A DNA stretch of 64,000 nucleotides from a candidate division WWE3 bacterium (lineage in GTDB: Bacteria > Patescibacteriota > WWE3 > UBA101185 > UBA10185), in NCBI GenBank assembly GCA_052035175.1, contig JBPOHV010000001.1, forward strand, positions 772,228-836,227. Direction: 5' to 3'. The translations under genes and the position numbers were made by a program. Of the stretch, positions 1-10,521 are shown one piece after another. The notes beneath the pieces were generated by a model. That model saw only the letters and a program-made list of their open reading frames with translations. It was not told the DNA's origin and made no database searches. Within the stretch, counting starts at the first letter, position 1. The number at the start of each line of letters is the position of its first letter.

Positions 1-2
1 GA

Positions 3-3000
3 AATGGAGCTGCTGGAGGCGGCGCAAACAATGGATCAGCTGGTAGTGGAGGTGCTGGCGGTACAGGTGGAGGTATTGTAACTATTTTTGCAAATACGGT
101 CACCGTTACAAGTACAGGAACAATAACAAGCAATGGCAGTGATGGTAGTGCCGGAACAACTGGTGGGAATGCAAGTGCAGTACCAGGCGGCGGCGGTGGC
201 GGCGGTGGTGGCGGCGGCGGTGGAGCTGGTGGCAGTATTTATATAAAAGCAAATACAAATACACTAGGGACATCTTTAGTAAAAGCAAACGGCGGCGCAG
301 GAGGAAACTTTGCAACAGGAGGTAATGGAGCAACCAGCAGTGCAAATTTTATAGCAGGAGTTGGTGGACAAACCTCTGGGGCAGCAGGTACATGCGGCAC
401 AACAGGCACTACCGGCACATGCACAACGGCAGTTAACAATACAGTCACCGGATCTGCTTCTGGGGGCGGTGGCGCAGGTGGTACAGGAACCACCGGCAGC
501 GATGGCAGAATACACATTGAATATACGTCTTTATCTGGTACAACTACACCTAGCGCGGATACATCTGTATTAAGTAGTGCAGCTCTACCAACTAGAAAAT
601 TTGGAAGCGATTGTATTGCTGGAAACTGTCTGCTGTTTTCATCGAGTTTAGTTAAAAAAACATATTCGTCAGATACAGAGTTGAATCCTGGAACAGAAAG
701 TTTTACTGTATCTTCTTGGTTTTTACACTCATCGACAATATCTGGGACCGACGTACTAATATCTAGGAGTAACAATGCAGTCAACGGTATTGGGTACAAG
801 ATATACATGAATAGTTCGGGTTTTATTTGTTTTGGTATAGACGATGACGCAACAAGCTTTGCAGAAGATGAGGTGTGTACAACAACGGCATACAATGACA
901 GCAAATGGCATCATGTTACGGGCACTAAAACTACTACATCAAACATAAAAATTTATGTAGACGGTGTACTCGCAACTACTGATGCTAGCATCTCTGCAAC
1001 AGGTTCACTTTCTGGAAGCTCCCCTACTCTATATGTAGGTATAGATGGTGACGGAACATCTAATGCATGGGATGGCTATATAGATGAAGTTAAAATTTAC
1101 AACTTTGCACGAGATGCTACTCAAATCAAAGCCGATTATCAATCAAAAAATACTTCAGACCTATCTGGAACAACAATAGGTAAATCACAAGCAACAGAAC
1201 TAAGTAATGCTATGTTGGGATATTGGAGGCTAGACGAATCTAGCGGAAATGCTAGCGATAGTAGCAGTAATGGTCTGACCCTTACAAACAACGGATCTAC
1301 CACATATGTCCCAGGTAAATATGCAAACGGGAGCGAACACGTCCCCGGATCTTCACAATATTTATCAACATCTACTACAATTAACGGAATTAAAAGTTTA
1401 TCATTTTGGGTTAACCCTGACACGACTACAAACTATTTTATAAACTTAACATCGACCGCAAATATCCAAGCTTCGTCTGGAACTATAAGTGCAAATGGAT
1501 TTACTAATGCAAAAATATATGTGAACGACCTTGAAAAAAATACAATCACAGCTGATGTATGGCAACTCGTAACAGTTACAACTGATACAGCAATCAATGC
1601 AGATACTTTTTACGTAGGTCGTATTTCTTCAAACTATTATGATGGAACATTTGATGATGTACGAATATATTCAAAGCAACTTAATGTAGATGAAGTAAGT
1701 ACTATATTAAACACGTCTCCCCCACCAGTTGCTTACTGGCCAATGAATGAGAATACAGGAACAACCACAGTGCATGATAACTCTGGTAGCGGGTTAGACT
1801 TAACCATGAACGGCTCTATGACAAGCGCAGATTGGGTACCTGGCAGATATGGTGCAGGTCTAGATTTCGATGGAACAGATGATAGCCTGTCAGTTAGTGA
1901 TAATTCAAATTTAGATTTTGCCGCTACAAACGATTTTACTGTAGAAGCATGGATCAAACATAACACAGCAGCAAGCACAGATGTAATCCTGTCAAAATAT
2001 GAAACTACAGGTAGCGATGGGGGCTTCGTTTTACAAATGGAAAGCGATGGCGATCTTTCGTTTGGTATAGATGATAACAATACTGGATTTCCTACAGATA
2101 TAGTAACTTCTACTGCTGCAACATATGACGACAACCAATGGCATCACGTAGTTGGTGTAAAAAAGGGTACTACATCAATCAGCTTATATATCGATGGTAT
2201 TTTCATAGGAAGCACAGCAGTAACAGCAAACGGAACTTTAGCAAATAACGATACGTACTATATAGGTCGCGATGGAAATGGAACAACGCAAGCATGGCAA
2301 GGTCAACTAGATGAAGTTAGAATTTATAATTACGCACGCAGTGATCTTCAGATAATAGAAGATATGAATGGTGGTCATCCTGTACCTGGGTCTCCTATAG
2401 GATCACCACAGGTATACTGGAAGTTTGACGGTGAAACTACATCAACAGCTTGCGGACAAGACTCTACAATAAATAATAAAGATTTATCTATAACATGTTC
2501 AACTCATATAAGTACGTCAGGTAAATATGGCGCAGCATTTATGGGTGGTGATAACTTAAGAGGCACAAGAACAGATGACGCGGATTTAGACTTTGCAGGA
2601 GCAGATGCATTTTCGGTCAGCATGTGGTTTAAAAGATCGACAATGAGTAATGATGAATACTTATACAATAAAACTACAAGTAATGTTGGATACAGTTTGT
2701 ATCTCAACTCTAGTGGTCAATTAATATTTGGGTATTCCGATCAAGGCGCGGCGTCATTTCCAGAAGAAAGTATCACAAGCACTAGCGAGTACGATGATGA
2801 TGCTTGGCATCACGCCATTGCAGTAAAAAATGGTACTAGCTATATAAGATTATATGTCGATGGTATTTTGGTTGCAACTGATAGTACATTATCTAATACA
2901 AACTCACTTGCAAATGCAGGCGCTAGTTATATAGCTGATGCAAATGCAACAAACGGAACAGATGAGTTCTTGGGAGCTATAGATGATGTAAAGATTTTTA

Positions 3001-4553
3001 GATTTGCACTATCGGCAGATCAAGCAAAAGTTTTGTATAACAACAATGCAGCTACAGTCTATGGTGCAACAAGTACAACGTCTGCCGGCGCTGCAGACAA
3101 CTCAACTGCTAGGGCATACTGCGTACCTGGGGATACTACAAGCTGCGCAGTGCCGATTGTACATTATAAATTTGATGAGAATACGGGACAAAGGCTAGAA
3201 AATTCTACAGACGGTGGCGGCGACACTATATACAGAGGCACAGATACTGCAAATAGCGATGCAGCAGATCCTACCTTTGCAATAGGTAAATATGGGTCTG
3301 GACTTGATTTTGACGGTACAGCTGACCAATTGTTGGCAGGCAGCGATGACAATGACATCGATTTTACAGATGGAGAAAGTTTTACTATCGAAGGCTGGAT
3401 AAACAGAGATACATTTACATCTGACCACGTAATCATATCTAAAGGTATGAGAACTACAACAACTGTAGCTGATACTGGATATATTATATGGATCGATGAT
3501 GCTACAGATACAGTTACATACCGTATTGGAGACGCTACAAATTATTTTGAATTATCAGGAGCATCTACATCTGCAATAACAGCAAAGGGCTGGCATCACT
3601 TTGCAGCCGTCTTTGATGATGCAAGTACTACAAATTCAACAATTTATATAGACGGTATAGAACAAAGGGGTACACCAAGTGGTACAGCAACAAGTGTAGG
3701 AAACATTTCAAACACAAGCGCAGTAAAAATGGGTACAACTTCAAACTCTAGCGCTGGATGGTTTGATGGAAGAATAGATAATTTCATAATCTACAAATAT
3801 GTAAGAACACCAGCACAAATATTATGGGATTATAACAAAGGTAGCCCAATAGGAAATTGGAATTTTGATGAATGCCAGGGAACAACTGCGTATGATTCAT
3901 CAGGAAATGCAAATAATGGAACTATCGCACCTGGGGCATCCGGTAACACATCAGCAGGCACATGCTCTAGTGGTACATCAACTGAAATGTGGAATAATGG
4001 CACCACAGGTAAATACTCTGCTAGCATAGATCTTGATGGTACAGATGATGTCGTCACCATTTCAAACACCACACCTATAGATTTTGACGGTAGTTTATCA
4101 AAAGGTGTATCGTTTGCATTTTGGGTAAAACCTGCATCAGACGGTGAAAGTGATACTGGACAAATTTTCAATAAGGGTACAAACACATACTGTCGAACTG
4201 ATTCACAATCGGGAAGTAACTTGGACCTTGAATGTAATTTGGATCTGGGTACATCAGATGCAAATCTGAACTTGGCATCGGCATTAACTACAAGTAACTG
4301 GTACCACGTTGTTGTTAGTTATACAGACGATGCAGACGATGAAATAACAATTTACATTAATGGTGTAAGTAGAGGCACATCGAGCGGGGGCAGCGGAGCA
4401 CCTGCTACGGGTGATACTAATAATTTATTGTTAGGCGGACCTACTACAGCAAATTATGATGGACTGCTAGATGACTTTAAAGTTTACAATTATGAATTAA
4501 ACGCGCAACAAGTAAAAAGTTTATATACAAATGGAACAATATACGCGCAATAG
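3..4553 (+). CDS. Giant secreted/surface protein, 5'-partial. Gly-rich beta-helix-like N-terminal repeats followed by about 6-7 LamG / concanavalin-A-like lectin domains.
   Basis: Frame 3 is open from window position 3 with no stop before 4553. The track start at 681 is only the first TTG. The N-terminal part reads GAAGGG...IVTIFANTVTVTSTGTITSNGSDGSAGTTGG...GGGGGGGGGGGG. The C-terminal part repeats a module W(H)HV...T..IY(V/I)DG....DE(V/R)(K/R)IYN.A(R), which is the LamG/pentraxin-like signature. Confidence 0.75.
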   Translation, partial: NGAAGGGANNGSAGSGGAGGTGGGIVTIFANTVTVTSTGTITSNGSDGSAGTTGGNASAVPGGGGGGGGGGGGGAGGSIYIKANTNTLGTSLVKANGGAGGNFATGGNGATSSANFIAGVGGQTSGAAGTCGTTGTTGTCTTAVNNTVTGSASGGGGAGGTGTTGSDGRIHIEYTSLSGTTTPSADTSVLSSAALPTRKFGSDCIAGNCLLFSSSLVKKTYSSDTELNPGTESFTVSSWFLHSSTISGTDVLISRSNNAVNGIGYKIYMNSSGFICFGIDDDATSFAEDEVCTTTAYNDSKWHHVTGTKTTTSNIKIYVDGVLATTDASISATGSLSGSSPTLYVGIDGDGTSNAWDGYIDEVKIYNFARDATQIKADYQSKNTSDLSGTTIGKSQATELSNAMLGYWRLDESSGNASDSSSNGLTLTNNGSTTYVPGKYANGSEHVPGSSQYLSTSTTINGIKSLSFWVNPDTTTNYFINLTSTANIQASSGTISANGFTNAKIYVNDLEKNTITADVWQLVTVTTDTAINADTFYVGRISSNYYDGTFDDVRIYSKQLNVDEVSTILNTSPPPVAYWPMNENTGTTTVHDNSGSGLDLTMNGSMTSADWVPGRYGAGLDFDGTDDSLSVSDNSNLDFAATNDFTVEAWIKHNTAASTDVILSKYETTGSDGGFVLQMESDGDLSFGIDDNNTGFPTDIVTSTAATYDDNQWHHVVGVKKGTTSISLYIDGIFIGSTAVTANGTLANNDTYYIGRDGNGTTQAWQGQLDEVRIYNYARSDLQIIEDMNGGHPVPGSPIGSPQVYWKFDGETTSTACGQDSTINNKDLSITCSTHISTSGKYGAAFMGGDNLRGTRTDDADLDFAGADAFSVSMWFKRSTMSNDEYLYNKTTSNVGYSLYLNSSGQLIFGYSDQGAASFPEESITSTSEYDDDAWHHAIAVKNGTSYIRLYVDGILVATDSTLSNTNSLANAGASYIADANATNGTDEFLGAIDDVKIFRFALSADQAKVLYNNNAATVYGATSTTSAGAADNSTARAYCVPGDTTSCAVPIVHYKFDENTGQRLENSTDGGGDTIYRGTDTANSDAADPTFAIGKYGSGLDFDGTADQLLAGSDDNDIDFTDGESFTIEGWINRDTFTSDHVIISKGMRTTTTVADTGYIIWIDDATDTVTYRIGDATNYFELSGASTSAITAKGWHHFAAVFDDASTTNSTIYIDGIEQRGTPSGTATSVGNISNTSAVKMGTTSNSSAGWFDGRIDNFIIYKYVRTPAQILWDYNKGSPIGNWNFDECQGTTAYDSSGNANNGTIAPGASGNTSAGTCSSGTSTEMWNNGTTGKYSASIDLDGTDDVVTISNTTPIDFDGSLSKGVSFAFWVKPASDGESDTGQIFNKGTNTYCRTDSQSGSNLDLECNLDLGTSDANLNLASALTTSNWYHVVVSYTDDADDEITIYINGVSRGTSSGGSGAPATGDTNNLLLGGPTTANYDGLLDDFKVYNYELNAQQVKSLYTNGTIYAQ
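181..230 (+). repeat. (GGC/GGT)n trinucleotide tract encoding a 12-residue poly-Gly run inside the giant surface protein.
   Basis: ggcggcggcggtggcggcggtggtggcggcggcggtgg is read directly. Its length is a multiple of 3, so slippage would change the protein length without changing frame. Confidence 0.8.
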
Positions 4554-4564
4554 ATACACATGTT

Positions 4565-6097
4565 TTAACTGAACTCTTTATAAGTAAGCGCCTCGGCAAT
4601 ATGATTACTAGAAACATCAGTAGAGCTTTCTAGGTCAGATATCGTTCTGGCAACTTTAATAAGTTTAAAATACGATCTTGGAGATAGCTTTAACCTATTT
4701 ATACCTTTTTGCAATAAATCTCTGGCTTCATTTGTCATACGACAGAATTTGTCGACATGTTTATTCTTCATTTCACTATTTGTATAAATACCTTCATTTA
4801 GAAACCGATCTTGCTGAATCCGACGCGCCGACAAAATACGTGCGCGAATACTTTCCGATTTTTCTGCTGATTGTGTTAATGCAGAAAATGTATTTAGTTT
4901 TAATGTATCAACACTGCCCACTTTTGAAAAAATATCTATCCTATCTAGGATAGGTCCAGAAAGCCTTTTGGAATAAAGTAAAACCTGGCTAGCGCTGCAA
5001 GTACATTTATGACTACTAGAACCCAAATAACCACATGGGCAGGGATTAAATGCAGCAACAAGCATAAACTTGCAGGGAAATGTAACATTGGTGCTACTTC
5101 TAGTAATATTTATTAAACCGTCTTCTAATGGCTGGCGTAAACTTTCTAGACACTTACGTGAAAACTCTGGAAATTCGTCAAGAAATAAAACTCCTCGATG
5201 TGCCAAACTGATCTCACCAGGTTTGGGATATATTCCACCCCCAATTAGACCTGAATAAGATATTGTATGATGTGGTGACCTGCACTGGCGCTGTGAAATA
5301 ATTCCGCCATTTGGAGGGATCAAACCTGCAGCTGAATATATCTTTGTTATTTCAATAGACTCTTCTACAGTTAATGAGGGCAACAATGAGGGTATAGCAC
5401 GAGATAGCATACTTTTACCAACACCAGGTGGACCAGAAATCGCTAAATTATGCCCACCAGCAAGTGCAACCTCCAAAGCTCTTTTAGCCTGTTCCTGACC
5501 TATTATCTCTGAAAGATCTACGTCATATAATGTTACAGGTTCATCGAGTTTATTTGATTTAAATGGCTTTATATTCTTTTGTTTATTTAAATGTGAAAAA
5601 AGCTGTTGCAACGTTTCTATCGGAAAAACATCTCCCTCAAAAACTTCAGTGGCTTGAAGCTTACAAGCTTCTGGTATAAATATATGTTTAAGTCTGCTCT
5701 CCTGGGCATATATAGAAATTAGAAACACTCCATGGCTATATCTAAGTGATCCATCTAAAGAGAGCTCTCCGTAAAACAAACTTTCTTTTGGTATAGCCAG
5801 GTCATAAACTGCCGATAAAATACCTATAGCTATAGGTAAGTCAAAATATGAACCATCTTTTTGTACATCAGCTGGAGCCAGATTGACAGTGATACGCTTG
5901 TTTGGGAATTCGAATCCAGAATTTATAATAGCAGTTCTGACACGTTCTCTGCTTTCAGCTACCGTTTTACCTGGTAAACCAACTATATCAAAAGCAGGCA
6001 ATCCTTTTGTGGAAATATTTACTTCAACGTCTATGCCTATAGCTTTTATACCTACATTAACACTTGAATTAACTTTAACTAACATAATAAATACCAT
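4565..6097 (-). CDS. comM: Mg-chelatase-like AAA+ ATPase of the YifB/ComM family (competence protein ComM).
   Basis: 510 aa. Lon-like N-terminal domain (GIDVEVNISTKGLPAFDIVGLPGKTVAESRERV), then Walker A ISGPPGVGKSM, then the ChlI-type AAA+ module. Confidence 0.85.
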   Translation of the reverse strand: MVFIMLVKVNSSVNVGIKAIGIDVEVNISTKGLPAFDIVGLPGKTVAESRERVRTAIINSGFEFPNKRITVNLAPADVQKDGSYFDLPIAIGILSAVYDLAIPKESLFYGELSLDGSLRYSHGVFLISIYAQESRLKHIFIPEACKLQATEVFEGDVFPIETLQQLFSHLNKQKNIKPFKSNKLDEPVTLYDVDLSEIIGQEQAKRALEVALAGGHNLAISGPPGVGKSMLSRAIPSLLPSLTVEESIEITKIYSAAGLIPPNGGIISQRQCRSPHHTISYSGLIGGGIYPKPGEISLAHRGVLFLDEFPEFSRKCLESLRQPLEDGLINITRSSTNVTFPCKFMLVAAFNPCPCGYLGSSSHKCTCSASQVLLYSKRLSGPILDRIDIFSKVGSVDTLKLNTFSALTQSAEKSESIRARILSARRIQQDRFLNEGIYTNSEMKNKHVDKFCRMTNEARDLLQKGINRLKLSPRSYFKLIKVARTISDLESSTDVSSNHIAEALTYKEFS

Positions 6098-6944
6098 CCT
6101 TTTCTAATAAAATTTCTTCCAATAACAGCTTGGTTATTAGTGAACTCAAATCTTTTATCGGCAAACCCACAGCTCTAGATAACTCATCTAGCCCTAAAGG
6201 CGTTTTGGAAACTATAGAAATAATTAGCTTTTCTGAACTATCAAGTGATGAATATGAAACCGGAGGCTGTGAAAGCCCATAATAATCGAATATGTCTTGA
6301 GCACATGTAACCGCACTAGCCCCATCTCTAATAAGATTATTTGTGCCTTTTGACGTAGGAGCGTAAATGTTACCCGGTATAGCAAAAACGTCCCTACCTG
6401 ACTGTAGTGCCAATTCAGCTGTAATTAGTGACCCACTCTTCTCAGCAGCTTCAATTACCAAAGTAGCTGCAGATAAACCAGCAACTATCCTATTTCTTCT
6501 AGGATATGTCCATAGCTGTGGAAGCTCTGTTCCTGGGTATTCTGATAATATTAGTCCCCCACTCTCAACAATTTGCCAATAAATTTCTGTGTTTACCGAT
6601 GGGTGTATATGGTCTATACCACAAGGCATAACAGCAATAGTTTTACCTAAGACACGCAATGCAGCTTTGTGAGCCTCAGCATCTATACCATACATAAAAC
6701 CAGAAACAATTGTTATACCAGCTTTTGCGGCCTTAGAAACTATGTCGCTTACTGCTTGCACACCATAATGTGTCATTTTGCGACTACCCACAACAGACAA
6801 ACACTTATCAAATGTAAAACCATGAATATTACCCTTATAAAACAGCTTTTTTGGCGGATCATATATATTTTTTAATAAAGCAGGATATAACGTATTTTTA
6901 ATATTTATAACTCCACACATAAGTTTAGTTTTATATAAAAACAT
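6075..6944 (-). CDS. dprA: DNA-processing protein DprA (Smf).
   Basis: 289 aa with a Rossmann-like DprA core: VVGSRKMTHYGVQAVSDIVSKAAKAGITIVSGFMYGIDAEAHKAALRVLGKTIAVMPCGIDHIHP. Sits next to comM. Confidence 0.85.
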   Translation of the reverse strand: MFLYKTKLMCGVINIKNTLYPALLKNIYDPPKKLFYKGNIHGFTFDKCLSVVGSRKMTHYGVQAVSDIVSKAAKAGITIVSGFMYGIDAEAHKAALRVLGKTIAVMPCGIDHIHPSVNTEIYWQIVESGGLILSEYPGTELPQLWTYPRRNRIVAGLSAATLVIEAAEKSGSLITAELALQSGRDVFAIPGNIYAPTSKGTNNLIRDGASAVTCAQDIFDYYGLSQPPVSYSSLDSSEKLIISIVSKTPLGLDELSRAVGLPIKDLSSLITKLLLEEILLEKDGIYYVS

Positions 6945-6970
6945 GTAAAAAAAGAAGATAGAATAATCTA

Positions 6971-7357
6971 TTAAAATTGGAATATGCTCTTATAGTGCGA
7001 CAAAGTGGCTCGAGATTTGTCGAGGTGCATTGATATACAAATAGCATCAAATCTATAGTTTATAGCTCCAGAATAATGATTTTTAGCCAAAAAAATGCTT
7101 CCCAATAACTTTATACGCATAAGCTTTTTATGCGTAAAGGTGTCTTCAGCTCTTCCCAAATACATAGAGCTCTTTGAACGCACCTCTACAAAAACCAAAC
7201 AATTTTTGTGCAATGTAACTATATCTATCTCACCCACTTTACACCTATAATTTCTTGTAACCACCTCATAACCAGACCTTGCAAGATATAAGCATGCAAG
7301 CGTCTCTGATAGCCTACCAAGCTCTTTTTTTGTCATAAATATATGTAAATACACCAT
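6971..7357 (-). CDS. yraN: YraN-family endonuclease (UPF0102).
   Basis: 128 aa. LYLARSGYEVVTRNYRCKVGEIDIVTLHKNCLVFVEVRSKSS is typical of UPF0102 / Holliday-junction-resolvase-like proteins. Confidence 0.75.
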   Translation of the reverse strand: MVYLHIFMTKKELGRLSETLACLYLARSGYEVVTRNYRCKVGEIDIVTLHKNCLVFVEVRSKSSMYLGRAEDTFTHKKLMRIKLLGSIFLAKNHYSGAINYRFDAICISMHLDKSRATLSHYKSIFQF

Positions 7358-7499
7358 GCATAAATTGAAACAACCAAATTTCTATTAATATTAGAAATTG
7401 ACAAGTGAAATAAAATATGTAAACTACACATATAGCCAAAGACAGCAAGTGTTGGTCTCACGACTAACTTAAACATCTTGCCGAGGTAAAACAGTTTAT

Positions 7500-7535
7500 A
7501 TAACTTTTTTATAGCTCTTTGGTGGAGCTTTTTTT
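7500..7535 (+). promoter_or_regulatory. Hairpin plus T-tract immediately upstream of the rplJ start (possible L10-leader-type attenuator; GGTGGAG also serves as the SD).
   Basis: tagctctttggtggagctttttttATG has the stem GCTC...GAGC followed by T7. Confidence 0.3.
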
Positions 7536-8054
7536 ATGCCAAATAATAAAAATAAACAAACATTAGAAGAAATAAGAACTAAAGTAAATAATGCTAGATC
7601 AGTAGTTTTTACTGAATATCATGGGTTAAAAGCCTATGAACTCAACGAACTAAGGTCAAAAATCAGACAAGCTGGTAGTGAAATGCTTGTAGCCAAAAAC
7701 ACACTACTCAAAATAGCTTTACGTGAAAAAGGTTACTCAAACGAGATAGATCAATTATCAGGTCCAGTAGCAACCGTACTCGCCTACAACGACCCGATAG
7801 CTCCCATTAAAGTACTTACAGAATTTACCAAAAAATATCAATTGCCAAAATTAAAATTTGGCTTTTTAGAAAACGCATATATAAATGAAGCAAACTTACA
7901 AAATGTAAGCCTAATACCTGAAAAACCAGTTCTTATAAGCAAGTTACTGGGTAGTTTAAAATCACCTTTGACTGGTATTGTATCTGTAATGTCAGGAACT
8001 CAAAGGAAATTTGTATACGCTTTGGCAGAAATTGCCAAACAGAAGGAGGTGTAG
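7536..8054 (+). CDS. rplJ: 50S ribosomal protein L10.
   Basis: 172 aa. [44 protein letters not shown] matches L10. Followed directly by rplL. Confidence 0.9.
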   Translation: MPNNKNKQTLEEIRTKVNNARSVVFTEYHGLKAYELNELRSKIRQAGSEMLVAKNTLLKIALREKGYSNEIDQLSGPVATVLAYNDPIAPIKVLTEFTKKYQLPKLKFGFLENAYINEANLQNVSLIPEKPVLISKLLGSLKSPLTGIVSVMSGTQRKFVYALAEIAKQKEV

Positions 8055-8058
8055 CACG

Positions 8059-8466
8059 ATGTCGGATGAATTAAAATTGAGCGATAACGCTAAAAAAGTC
8101 ATGGAGTTGGTAGAAAAATTAACAGTTCTCGAACTTAATGATTTGGTAAAAGCATTAGAAGAGAAATTTGGAGTAAGCGCTGCTGCACCAGTTATGATGG
8201 CTGGAGCAATGCCAGCTGCAGGAGCAGAAGCTGCTGCACCAGAAGAAGAAAAAACAGAATTTGATGTTGTTCTTGCAGACGCAGGAGCAAATAAAATAGC
8301 TGTTATCAAGGTCGTAAGAGAAATCAACCAAGCCTTGGGTTTGGTAGAAGCTAAAAACCTTGTAGAATCTGCACCTAAAAACGTTTTGGAAGCAGCCAAG
8401 AAAGATGCAGCACAAGCTGCTAAAGAGAAACTCGAAGCTGCAGGCGCTAAAGTTGAAATTAAGTAA
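8059..8466 (+). CDS. rplL: 50S ribosomal protein L7/L12.
   Basis: ATG at 8059, preceded by AGGAGG at 8045-8050. [45 protein letters not shown]...[29 protein letters not shown]...GAKVEIK. The track start at 8011 is an upstream TTG in the rplJ tail. Confidence 0.9.
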   Translation: MSDELKLSDNAKKVMELVEKLTVLELNDLVKALEEKFGVSAAAPVMMAGAMPAAGAEAAAPEEEKTEFDVVLADAGANKIAVIKVVREINQALGLVEAKNLVESAPKNVLEAAKKDAAQAAKEKLEAAGAKVEIK

Positions 8467-8507
8467 CACACATAACTTTAGTTTAAATGAACAAACAATC
8501 AACAAAG

Positions 8508-8539
8508 GGTCTCAGGCAACTGAGGCCTTTTGTGTTTTA
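8508..8539 (+). terminator. Rho-independent terminator after rplL.
   Basis: gggtctcaggcaactgaggcc followed by ttttgtgtttt. It also lies at the 3' side of the convergent gene 8546..9367. Confidence 0.7.
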
Positions 8540-8545
8540 TAAACC

Positions 8546-9367
8546 TTATTTAAATGACTTGTGTTTGGAAATAAAATCGGTCAAATAAGCTTGAATAGAA
8601 GCATCTGCAACACCAGAAATATAGCTATCTTTCCAAATTGGGGCGACTTCATAACCATATATTTGACTTAACTTAGGCTGCTCTACAACATCATCGTAAA
8701 GCGAAGTTACAGGGGTAGCAGGCATTAGAGAGATATCAGCTGGGTCACTATCAACAAAGTTATCTCTGAGCAAAACAAAATCGTTGGACGAAGTCATAGC
8801 AAACAATTGTGTATTGAAATCATTTATATCCATGTTATGTGTAACTTTGATATGTAGACAATTACCGCCCAAACTCAATATATGTGTTTCGGTAGCTTTA
8901 TCCAAAAACAAACCAGACTCAAAACCTACAGATTCAGGAAAAACTAAATTGTTATATCCCAGGGCTTTAGCACTCAAAAGCATATGAGAAAACTCTGGTG
9001 ACGCTTTTGGAAAGGAAATAAACAATGTATCCAGGTCTTTTACCAAAATCGCATCTTCTCCTTCAAAACCCTTTTTCTTTCCAAAATAATAACCAAGGGC
9101 ATATTCATTAAGTATGAGTTCTTCTTCAATATCAGCCAACTTTACCGCATTTGGTAATGTTAAATAGGCACATGTGTTTAGCAATTGAACTTGGTCTGTG
9201 TCTAAAGCTTCAAATACATTAGTTTCTGTAATCTTTTCTAAATAGGATAAAGGTAGTACAAAGTTGAATTTTAAATGCTTGTTAGAGCCTAAATGCCTAA
9301 GTAAAACAGGCAAAAATGTGGGTGAAGAATCTTTAGTAAATTCAAGTATTACAAGTTGGTTCATCAA
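8546..9367 (-). CDS. Hypothetical protein (273 aa).
   Basis: Long ORF in AT-rich context. No family recognised. Confidence 0.5.
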   Translation of the reverse strand: MMNQLVILEFTKDSSPTFLPVLLRHLGSNKHLKFNFVLPLSYLEKITETNVFEALDTDQVQLLNTCAYLTLPNAVKLADIEEELILNEYALGYYFGKKKGFEGEDAILVKDLDTLFISFPKASPEFSHMLLSAKALGYNNLVFPESVGFESGLFLDKATETHILSLGGNCLHIKVTHNMDINDFNTQLFAMTSSNDFVLLRDNFVDSDPADISLMPATPVTSLYDDVVEQPKLSQIYGYEVAPIWKDSYISGVADASIQAYLTDFISKHKSFK

Positions 9368-9411
9368 TAAGCCATTATACTATGACCTTCTATTCAAACT
9401 CAACAACAAAA

Positions 9412-9496
9412 AAAGATCCCGATCTGCAGGAAACGGCTTCTTATTCTCCTGCCCTCAGAATAAGAAACTTTGATGTTCCCCGCAGATCGGGATCTT
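9412..9496. repeat. Long inverted repeat (about 17-bp stem, about 47-nt loop containing a nested palindrome) downstream of gene 9547..10464.
   Basis: aaagatcccgatctgcagg ... cccgcagatcgggatcttt. The inner part is ttcttattctcctgccctcagaataagaa. Read as a probable terminator or structured RNA. Confidence 0.5.
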
Positions 9497-9546
9497 TGGT
9501 TAGCATGATAGCATAAGTATATAGGACTGTCAAAAGATGACAAAAC

Positions 9547-10464
9547 CTATAAAATACTGGATGCCTCTTCTTTTAAGGCAGCATCCCCAAAGTCTGAAAC
9601 GTCTTGAGATAACCTTTCTTTAGAGACTACTTTAAGTCCGTGCATTTCAATCATAGATTCATAAAGTGCATCGTCATCAGAAAGCAACAAACATAGTTGT
9701 GAATTATCTTCTTGGGCTGGTTGAAGCTTTAACATATTTTCGAATAAGTTTTTGTCACCAGGTCTTATATAAGCATGCAACAATGCAAATGGTTTTATTG
9801 GTTTAAACAATGATAAACCAGCACTTAGTGTGAAAGCGTAATCAACATTTGAAGTTCGAGATGTTTTATCAAGATTTTGAGCAATATCCCTGAGGCCACC
9901 TAAGGCACTGCGATAATAAACCAAAGTTGGCGATTTCATAATAGGAGCCTGTGCATGCACAGATGTAGTTGTTTCTTCTTCAAATTTCCTTGCTGCTTCT
10001 CTAAATTTTTGTAACCAATCAACCTCTTCTGCATCTTCAGAATCTTCTGCAGACGCTGAAACAATGTTAGTCTTAACAGCCACTTGTTCAGTTTCATGAC
10101 TAGATAAGACTTGTAATTCTTCTTCTTCATCATCAAAGTCAAAATCAAAATCATTGATTGCTGGGGTTTCTACTTTAGGTTGTGCAGGTTGTTTGACAGT
10201 TTGTCTTGTTGCAGCTATTGGTTTTGATGCCATTTTTACTGTAGGTGCAAAATCGTCATCAGCATCTATTGAGGTATCAGCAGCACCATTTGGGTACAGA
10301 AAGTCTAATATATTTGCTTTTGTAAATCTATGTCTACCAGTGGCAGTCTTTACTTCCGCATCCAAATTACCTTCTTCGATATATCTGTAAACAGAACGAA
10401 GACTCACACCTAAAATTTGTGCAACCTCAGAAGACGTATAAAGTTTATTTTCAAGTTTTAACAT
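9547..10464 (-). CDS. DNA-binding protein with an excisionase/MerR-type HTH N-terminus, an acidic linker and a domain of unknown function.
   Basis: LYTSSEVAQILGVSLRSVYRYIEEGNLDAEVKTATGRHRFTKANILDFL is HTH_17-like, followed by the D/E-rich stretch DFDFDFDDEEEE. Confidence 0.55.
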   Translation of the reverse strand: MLKLENKLYTSSEVAQILGVSLRSVYRYIEEGNLDAEVKTATGRHRFTKANILDFLYPNGAADTSIDADDDFAPTVKMASKPIAATRQTVKQPAQPKVETPAINDFDFDFDDEEEELQVLSSHETEQVAVKTNIVSASAEDSEDAEEVDWLQKFREAARKFEEETTTSVHAQAPIMKSPTLVYYRSALGGLRDIAQNLDKTSRTSNVDYAFTLSAGLSLFKPIKPFALLHAYIRPGDKNLFENMLKLQPAQEDNSQLCLLLSDDDALYESMIEMHGLKVVSKERLSQDVSDFGDAALKEEASSIL

Positions 10465-10521
10465 AAGAAAATGATGACATCATGATCAATGCATGTCAAT
10501 ACATACATAAGACGAACATGT

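Noticed and set aside
181-230. Possible CRISPR-like or tandem DNA repeat at the poly-(GGC/GGT) tract, and the recurring ccgaagcgg motif in the rRNA region.
   Set aside because: The first is a coding trinucleotide run. The second is UUCG tetraloop helices scattered at irregular spacing inside rRNA genes. There are no regular repeat-spacer arrays and no cas genes in the window.
106-904. Minus-strand ORFs 106..345, 239..904 and 276..515, and plus-strand 361..573, overlapping the start of the giant surface protein.
   Set aside because: These are antisense or alternative frames of a Gly-rich (GGN) repeat region, which naturally lacks stops (read as poly-Pro/Ala/Cys/His). The plus-strand frame-3 ORF is continuous with the well-supported LamG protein.
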